From: an uncultured Planctomycetaceae bacterium | Lineage (GTDB): Bacteria; Planctomycetota; Planctomycetia; Planctomycetales; Planctomycetaceae | DNA length: 64,000 nt | Assembly: GCA_963976765.1 (NCBI GenBank) | Contig: CAXBME010000011.1 | Coordinates: 62,001 to 126,000 of the forward strand | Direction of reading: 5' to 3' | Part shown: in pieces, positions 58,506 through 64,000 of the stretch | Position numbering within the stretch: position 1 is the stretch's first letter | Layout: each line of letters opens with the position of its first letter | Notes under the pieces: model-generated | The model's database searches: none | The model's input: the letters and a program-made list of their open reading frames with translations, nothing else | Told to the model about the DNA's origin: nothing | Program-made: the position numbers and the translations under genes

Positions 58506-61500
58506 ATGCCTCACAGTCTGCGTGCCGCGTTCTTTCTGACAGCTGTCGGCCTGTTGAGTGTCGGTGACACCGCTCGTGCTCAGTCGGACATGGCAACATC
58601 GGCTGCGAGACTCGAAATCGACAAGGGCATCATTGCAGTTCTGGGATTCTCCGAGGCGGACGCGGCAGACGTCGTGAAACTGGCTTCAAAGGCTGGCCGA
58701 CGAGTCTACTTTCAGTCGAATCATGCTTCAGCCGTGAAAGCCGTCAGAACATCCGCTGAGCAGGCTCTGTCACTGACCGTTCGAGTTTCGGCCGACATTG
58801 GGCCACTAACGTCGATCCACCTGAGCGAGAATCTGGCCGACGGAGTTCTCGTAGCGGAAGCTGCCATTGACCAGATTTCGGACGCGGAAGTGCTGCGGAT
58901 TCTTCGGCCGCGCGGCATCGCGTTCATCGGCAACCGAAAGCTGGTCAAGCCAGTCCCGACGGGAATCGACGACTGGAGTCACCCTTACCACGGGCCAGAC
59001 AACAACCCTCAGTCGAACGACGAGCTGGTTAAAGGGGCGTTTCAGACTCAGTTCATCGCCGATCCGAAATTCAGCCCGATGCCCGAGCAGACGGTGATCG
59101 CCGGCGGTCGAATTTTCAAAGCAATGGGACACATCGCTCACAAGGCGAATCAGAACGAGATGCTGAACACGCTGCTCTGCATCAACGCTTACAACGGAAC
59201 AATTCTCTGGCGACGACCGCTGCCCGAAGGGTTCATGATTCATCGGAACACGATGATCGCCACCGACGATTCGCTTTACCTGGGGGACCACGAATCGTGC
59301 AAAGTCATCGACGCAGCCACCGGAGAAACCACACGGGAAATCCGGATCAACAAAGAGATCAGCGACGGCCCGACCTGGAAATGGATGGGCATCCAGGACA
59401 ACGTTCTGTTTGCGCTGGTTGGCAATCTTGAGATCAAGGTTGAGACGATGAGATCCGATCGGCCCGGCCTCGGACACTGGCCCTGGGGAATGTGGAAGGG
59501 CCACGACTACAAAGATCCTCGGACAGCCTTCGGACACGGTCGCACGTTCGTCGCCATTGATCGAAAAACCGGAAAGCAACTGTGGCACTACCGCGACGAC
59601 GAATTTCTCGACGCTCGCGCGGTCTGCATGAGAAACGACAATATCTACTTTTGCAGCCCGGAACGTTTTCTGGCGTGCCTTGATGCAAAGACCGGCAGAC
59701 TTCTCTGGAGAAACACCGACAAAGATCTGCTCGCCGCGATCGGGCCCAACGAAAAAGCGCAGCACTACATCACTGGGTACGCGACAACGTGTTACATGAA
59801 ATGTTCCGACGACCTGCTGTTCTTTTCCGGGCCGCAGAGAAAAGAAATGGTCGTCGCGTCCGCGATCGACGGAAAGCTGCAATGGACAAACGCCGTCGGC
59901 AACCTGCAACTCGTCCTCCGCAACGATGCCGTCTACGCGGCCGGACCTCAGAACACCAACGGAATGCGACTCGACTATAAAACCGGCAACGTACTGGCAA
60001 GCTTTCCGGCACGACGTGCCTGTACCCGTGCGACGGGGTGTGCGGACAGCATTTTCTTTCGAGCATCCGGCGGCACGGTTCGAGTCATGACAGATTCGAA
60101 CCAGGCCACTCACATTGCCCCGATGAGACCGCCCTGCCAGGACGGCGTGTTAATTTCGAACGGGCACCTCTACTGGGGACCCTGGATGTGCGGTTGCCAG
60201 CTTTCGCTTTACGGCAACATCGGCCTGAAACCGGCGGGCGAGTCGTCAGAACATTCACACCTGTCGGGCGGAAATCGTCATACCGACGCACTGACAGTCT
60301 TCGGCGATCCATCGCGCGTCCCGAGTCTTGATATTAGAAATGGCGACTGGCCGACCTGGCGAGGCAACAATGAACGATCCGACAAAACATCAAACGCTTT
60401 GCCGGACGGAATCAAACTGGCGTGGCAGACTGAAATCTGCCGCTCCGAATTGCCAACCGCTCCGGTCGCTGCTGGTGGGCTGGTTTTTATCGCGGACCGC
60501 ACGGGCATCGTGCGAGCGATCGACGATTCCGGCACGACCATCTGGAAGGCGTTCACAGCCGGTCCCGTTTATTTCCCGCCATCGGTTGCGAAGGGGCGAG
60601 TCTACGTCGGCAGTGCCGATGGCCGCGTTTACGCATTCTCCGCGAAAACCGGTCGATCGCTGTGGACTTTCCGAGTCGCTCCGCAGGATCGATGGATCAG
60701 CGTGTACGATAGACTCCTTTCCCGCTGGCCCGTCGCTGGCGGAGTCGTCGTTGACAACGGAACCGCCTACGCCGCCGCTGGAATCACGCACTACGACGGA
60801 ACGTATCTCGTCGCGCTGGACGCGGTGACGGGGCAGCTTAAAGCTCACAACGACTCGTCGGGAAAACTGTCTGAGCAGGTCGACAGCGGAATCAGCATGC
60901 AGGGCAACCTGCAAATCGTCGACGGAGAACTTCGATTTCTGGGCGGCGGCGTTTACGAGACAGCCCGTTACGACCTCGCCACGCTGGAATGTTTGAACGA
61001 GCCACGAGCCGACGTCAGCTCGCGGTTCCGAACGGCCTTCTACCCGTATTATCCGAGTTACGGAAAGTACATTTCGCTGGAATACAAATGCGGCGATGGG
61101 AACACCCTCTGTCACGACGCCAGCTACGAAGGCAGCATGTTCGGAAACCTGTCGCTGCAGACTCCGTTGCCACCGGGAACTCAAGGCATGGTCAAGGATG
61201 CCGCTCGCGAGTTCCTTCGACGACGCGGGCGAAGCGCCGTCGGTCCGAAAGATCTCTGGACTGACAAAGCCAACCGCCGCTTCACCAGTTTCGTCGTCAC
61301 GGATGACCGCCTGCTCGGCGCCGGCCATCCAGACGGAAAACCCGACGAAAGCTTCCTTGTTGCGATCAACGTAAAAGACGGCACCGACCTCTGGGTCGAA
61401 AAACTGCCCGCCACCGCGGTCAAGGGCGGAGTCGCCGTTGACGCCTCGGGAAGGATTCTCGTCTCTTTGGAAAACGGCCAATTGCTATGTTTTGTCAGTG

Positions 61501-61508
61501 CTGAGTGA
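58506..61508 (+). CDS. Exported PQQ-binding-like (BamB-type) beta-propeller repeat protein
   Basis: GGGAG upstream of ATG 58506; signal peptide; many repeats of the form A.DA.TG..LW, GRVYVGSADGRVYAF; DWPTWRGNNERS. Confidence 0.85.
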   Translation: MPHSLRAAFFLTAVGLLSVGDTARAQSDMATSAARLEIDKGIIAVLGFSEADAADVVKLASKAGRRVYFQSNHASAVKAVRTSAEQALSLTVRVSADIGPLTSIHLSENLADGVLVAEAAIDQISDAEVLRILRPRGIAFIGNRKLVKPVPTGIDDWSHPYHGPDNNPQSNDELVKGAFQTQFIADPKFSPMPEQTVIAGGRIFKAMGHIAHKANQNEMLNTLLCINAYNGTILWRRPLPEGFMIHRNTMIATDDSLYLGDHESCKVIDAATGETTREIRINKEISDGPTWKWMGIQDNVLFALVGNLEIKVETMRSDRPGLGHWPWGMWKGHDYKDPRTAFGHGRTFVAIDRKTGKQLWHYRDDEFLDARAVCMRNDNIYFCSPERFLACLDAKTGRLLWRNTDKDLLAAIGPNEKAQHYITGYATTCYMKCSDDLLFFSGPQRKEMVVASAIDGKLQWTNAVGNLQLVLRNDAVYAAGPQNTNGMRLDYKTGNVLASFPARRACTRATGCADSIFFRASGGTVRVMTDSNQATHIAPMRPPCQDGVLISNGHLYWGPWMCGCQLSLYGNIGLKPAGESSEHSHLSGGNRHTDALTVFGDPSRVPSLDIRNGDWPTWRGNNERSDKTSNALPDGIKLAWQTEICRSELPTAPVAAGGLVFIADRTGIVRAIDDSGTTIWKAFTAGPVYFPPSVAKGRVYVGSADGRVYAFSAKTGRSLWTFRVAPQDRWISVYDRLLSRWPVAGGVVVDNGTAYAAAGITHYDGTYLVALDAVTGQLKAHNDSSGKLSEQVDSGISMQGNLQIVDGELRFLGGGVYETARYDLATLECLNEPRADVSSRFRTAFYPYYPSYGKYISLEYKCGDGNTLCHDASYEGSMFGNLSLQTPLPPGTQGMVKDAAREFLRRRGRSAVGPKDLWTDKANRRFTSFVVTDDRLLGAGHPDGKPDESFLVAINVKDGTDLWVEKLPATAVKGGVAVDASGRILVSLENGQLLCFVSAE

Positions 61509-62011
61509 GTGATCGATGCCATCAGCAACTCACTATTCCTGTCCGTCTGGTGTTTTTCTCTGGGCGGCGATAAACTGCCCGCTCGATTCAGTTTTCCATA
61601 GCGAAAGCTGGATCAAACTGATCGGATAAGCGAGTAACGCTGTTCAGAATTGAAGAATGGCGAATTTCGATCAGACGGGTGATCAGGCAGAGTTGGAATC
61701 TCTTGCGGCCCGTTTAACAAGGTGACGACGCTAAGTCGCTCACTTCTGCTGCCGACCATCGGTTGAGTTGACCGCTCTGGAAAAGCCGCTGGCGTCGTTG
61801 TGGACGCACTGAATTCTGTGACTTTGCTTGTTTGTCCAGAATTCCTGAGTAAGCGGAGTTCGCTTTTCAACTGTCGTCAACCACGGCCCACTACCAGCCT
61901 GAAATCGTTCCTGTGACGAATCCTGGCCGGTACGCTTCCTGAGCTTTCTGCCAATTCGCAGGGACAACTTCCGGACGCCGGGCATCACAGCAACCTTTGC
62001 AAGGAACAACT

Positions 62012-63379
62012 TTGAAGACTTTCGCGGAACTTGACTTGATCGCGCCACTGCACCGTGCACTGGCTGACGAGCAATACCAGATACCAACGCCGATTCAGGC
62101 GCAAACAATCCCTGCCGCCCTTTCCGGGCGCGATGTGCTGGGATGTGCTCAAACCGGAACCGGCAAGACAGCCGCTTTTGCGCTGCCCATCCTCAACCGG
62201 CTCGGTGAAAAGCAGCCGCCGAGCAAGCCAAACTGCCCACTGGTGCTGGTTCTGGCACCGACTCGCGAGCTGGCCATTCAGATCGGAGACAGCTTCGCGA
62301 CATACGGTAAAAACCTGTCGCTGAAACATGTCCTTGTTTATGGCGGCGTCAGCCAGAACAGCCAGGTTCGAGCGTTAAACAAAGGAGCGCACATCCTCGT
62401 CGCGACTCCGGGGCGACTGCTCGACCTGATCAATCAGGGTTACATCCACCTGAATCATCTACAGGTTTTTGTTCTGGACGAAGCCGACAGGATGCTAGAT
62501 ATGGGCTTTCTGCCGGATCTCAAGAAGATCATCAGGCAGCTCCCGGAAAAGCGTCAGTCGCTGTTCTTTTCCGCGACCATGCCGCCAAACATCATTGATC
62601 TGTCGAAGCAGCTTCTGAAGAATCCTGCCAGCGTCAATGTGACCCCTGAGAAAACGAGCGTTGAACGGATTGAGCAGCAGGTTTTCTTTGTCGAACGAAA
62701 CGGCAAGCGTGATCTGCTCAAGAAGGTTCTGACAAAGCCAGACGTTGACCGCGCGATCGTTTTCTCGCGAACCAAACGCGGTGCGAACATGCTCGCCCAG
62801 AAGCTTCTGCTGAGCGGGATCAAAGCCGCCGCGATCCACGGCAACAAATCGCAGGGCGCCCGTCAGCGAGCCCTTGAAGCGTTCCGTACCAAACAAATTG
62901 ACGTTCTGGTTGCGACAGACGTCGCCGCTCGCGGAATCGATATCGATGGGGTGACTCACGTCGTCAACTACGATCTTCCGGCGGAACCCGAAAGTTACGT
63001 GCATCGCATTGGCCGAACAGGCCGAGCCGGAGCGAATGGCCTGGCGATCTCGTTCTGCAGCGCCGACGAACGGGGTGACCTGAGAGCGATTGAAAAGCTG
63101 ATTGGACAGAAGGTACCACTCGCTCCTGGACAACCAGCCCCGCCGCCCGTCGCTGAGGAAAGTCAACCCGCCGCCCCTCAACGAGGAGCACGGCGCAATT
63201 CCCGACCAGGCCGCTCCGGCCAGGGCCAGGCACGTACGCCCAACGCGGCGAAGAATTCAGGAACACAACGAAACGCAGGACGCGGCTCGTCAGAAGCGCT
63301 GGCGACTGACGGTAAACCAAAGCAACGACGACGCCGCAAGGGGACGCGACGGCAGAATACAGGCCAGGCCAGCAGTTGA
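62012..63379 (+). CDS. rhlE: DEAD-box RNA helicase (RhlE-like)
   Basis: Q motif PTPIQ, AQTGTGKT, PTRELA, TPGRLLD, DEAD, SAT, ARGID, HRIGRTGRAG; basic C-terminal tail. Start probably TTG 62012 after AAGGA. Confidence 0.95.
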   Translation: MKTFAELDLIAPLHRALADEQYQIPTPIQAQTIPAALSGRDVLGCAQTGTGKTAAFALPILNRLGEKQPPSKPNCPLVLVLAPTRELAIQIGDSFATYGKNLSLKHVLVYGGVSQNSQVRALNKGAHILVATPGRLLDLINQGYIHLNHLQVFVLDEADRMLDMGFLPDLKKIIRQLPEKRQSLFFSATMPPNIIDLSKQLLKNPASVNVTPEKTSVERIEQQVFFVERNGKRDLLKKVLTKPDVDRAIVFSRTKRGANMLAQKLLLSGIKAAAIHGNKSQGARQRALEAFRTKQIDVLVATDVAARGIDIDGVTHVVNYDLPAEPESYVHRIGRTGRAGANGLAISFCSADERGDLRAIEKLIGQKVPLAPGQPAPPPVAEESQPAAPQRGARRNSRPGRSGQGQARTPNAAKNSGTQRNAGRGSSEALATDGKPKQRRRRKGTRRQNTGQASS

Positions 63380-63445
63380 AACAGGACTGGCTTCGAACGT
63401 TCCCGCAAGACCACCGAGACCCGTCAAATTTGAAGGAGAATTACC

Positions 63446-63634
63446 ATCGCAAAGAATCAAAACACATTCGCTAAGCGTCAGCGCGAGATGGACAAAAAAG
63501 CAAAAGCTGAAATCAAGCGCACTCGCAAACAGCAACAGAAAGAGGATGCCGAAGCTGGAACCGCTTCTAACGACGGCAATTCCTCAGACGCAGTACCCGA
63601 GCCTACTCAGGAAGAACTCGACGGGCTCTTTTAA
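63446..63634 (+). CDS. Small basic protein (62 aa), apparent ATC start
   Basis: GAAGGAG then AATTACC then ATC; frame reads (M)AKNQNTFAKRQREMDKKAKAEIKRTRKQQQKEDAEAGTASNDGNSSDAVPEPTQEELDGLF*. Confidence 0.6.
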   Translation: MAKNQNTFAKRQREMDKKAKAEIKRTRKQQQKEDAEAGTASNDGNSSDAVPEPTQEELDGLF

Positions 63635-63911
63635 CAGCCGTCGAATCACGTAGCAGACAGGCTCTGCCGTGCCATCCGCCTCACAGCATTCATGCTGTTT
63701 CCGGCAGCGGCACACAGGAGTGTACCTGCTGCTTTGAGTGCTCATCCAACTGCTGAGCGCTGACAGAAATCCATCCACTCGTGTCAGTTCGACCTCTGAT
63801 AAAGAGCCTCCGGCATTAGTGACCACTGAAAACCCCGTGTAGTCAACGTAGCGTGAGTGTTTCACGCATCACCGGCGGCACAAAAATCTTTGAGAGTACT
63901 GGAACACGAAA

Positions 63912-64000
63912 ATGGCTGAAGGAACTATTAAAAGAATCACTGACAAAGGATTTGGTTTCATCGAAGATGGCACCGGAACGGACATGTTTTTCCACAGCTC
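63912..64000 (+). CDS. Cold-shock domain protein (Csp), truncated by window end
   Basis: MAEGTIKRITDKGFGFIEDGTGTDMFFHS contains RNP1 (KGFGFI) and RNP2 (MFFH). Confidence 0.93.
   Translation, partial: MAEGTIKRITDKGFGFIEDGTGTDMFFHS

Noticed and set aside
63102..63653. 183-aa plus-strand ORF overlapping the rhlE 3' end
   Set aside because: Alternative frame of rhlE; the frame with the strong SD at 63446 explains the region better.

Overview
This is a gene-dense bacterial chromosome segment, almost certainly from a planctomycete. It carries PSCyt1/DUF1549/DUF1553 and two Tat-type DUF1501 proteins, three sulfatases, a Fae homologue, an over-long SecA and large PQQ-type propeller proteins. About 41 CDS are supported. 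Left to right: a sugar ABC transporter (permease cut by the window edge) with a divergent AroE-family dehydrogenase; a di-haem cytochrome c; an HpcH aldolase; a STAS/Zn-ribbon protein; ygiQ; suhB; DUF493; secA; DUF1501; a TerB-like gene; a sulfatase and a sulfatase-PhoD fusion; fae-miaE; glgA; acs; ahcY; a propeller/di-haem protein; htrA; an AAA ATPase with an ABC1 kinase; an HD-GYP/PAS/GGDEF protein; xdhC; a probable glycan-utilisation region of about 17 kb (DUF1080-sugar dehydrogenase fusion, bestrophin, ROK regulator, PSCyt/DUF1553, DUF1501, sulfatase, propeller, AlgE-like porin, PQQ propeller); and a cold-shock cluster (rhlE, small basic ORF, csp cut by the edge). I saw no rRNA, tRNA, CRISPR array or transposase. 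Best leads: (1) a structured, switch-like leader of about 200 nt before ahcY that does not match the SAH riboswitch core; (2) an uncalled 62-aa ORF between rhlE and csp that appears to start at ATC behind a strong SD; (3) the ROK-controlled DUF1553/DUF1501 locus with a perfect operator over its -35 box; (4) an AroE paralogue lacking the carboxylate-binding residues; (5) a five-fold repeated helical-wing module in SecA. All family calls come from motifs recognised by eye; no database search or folding program was run.
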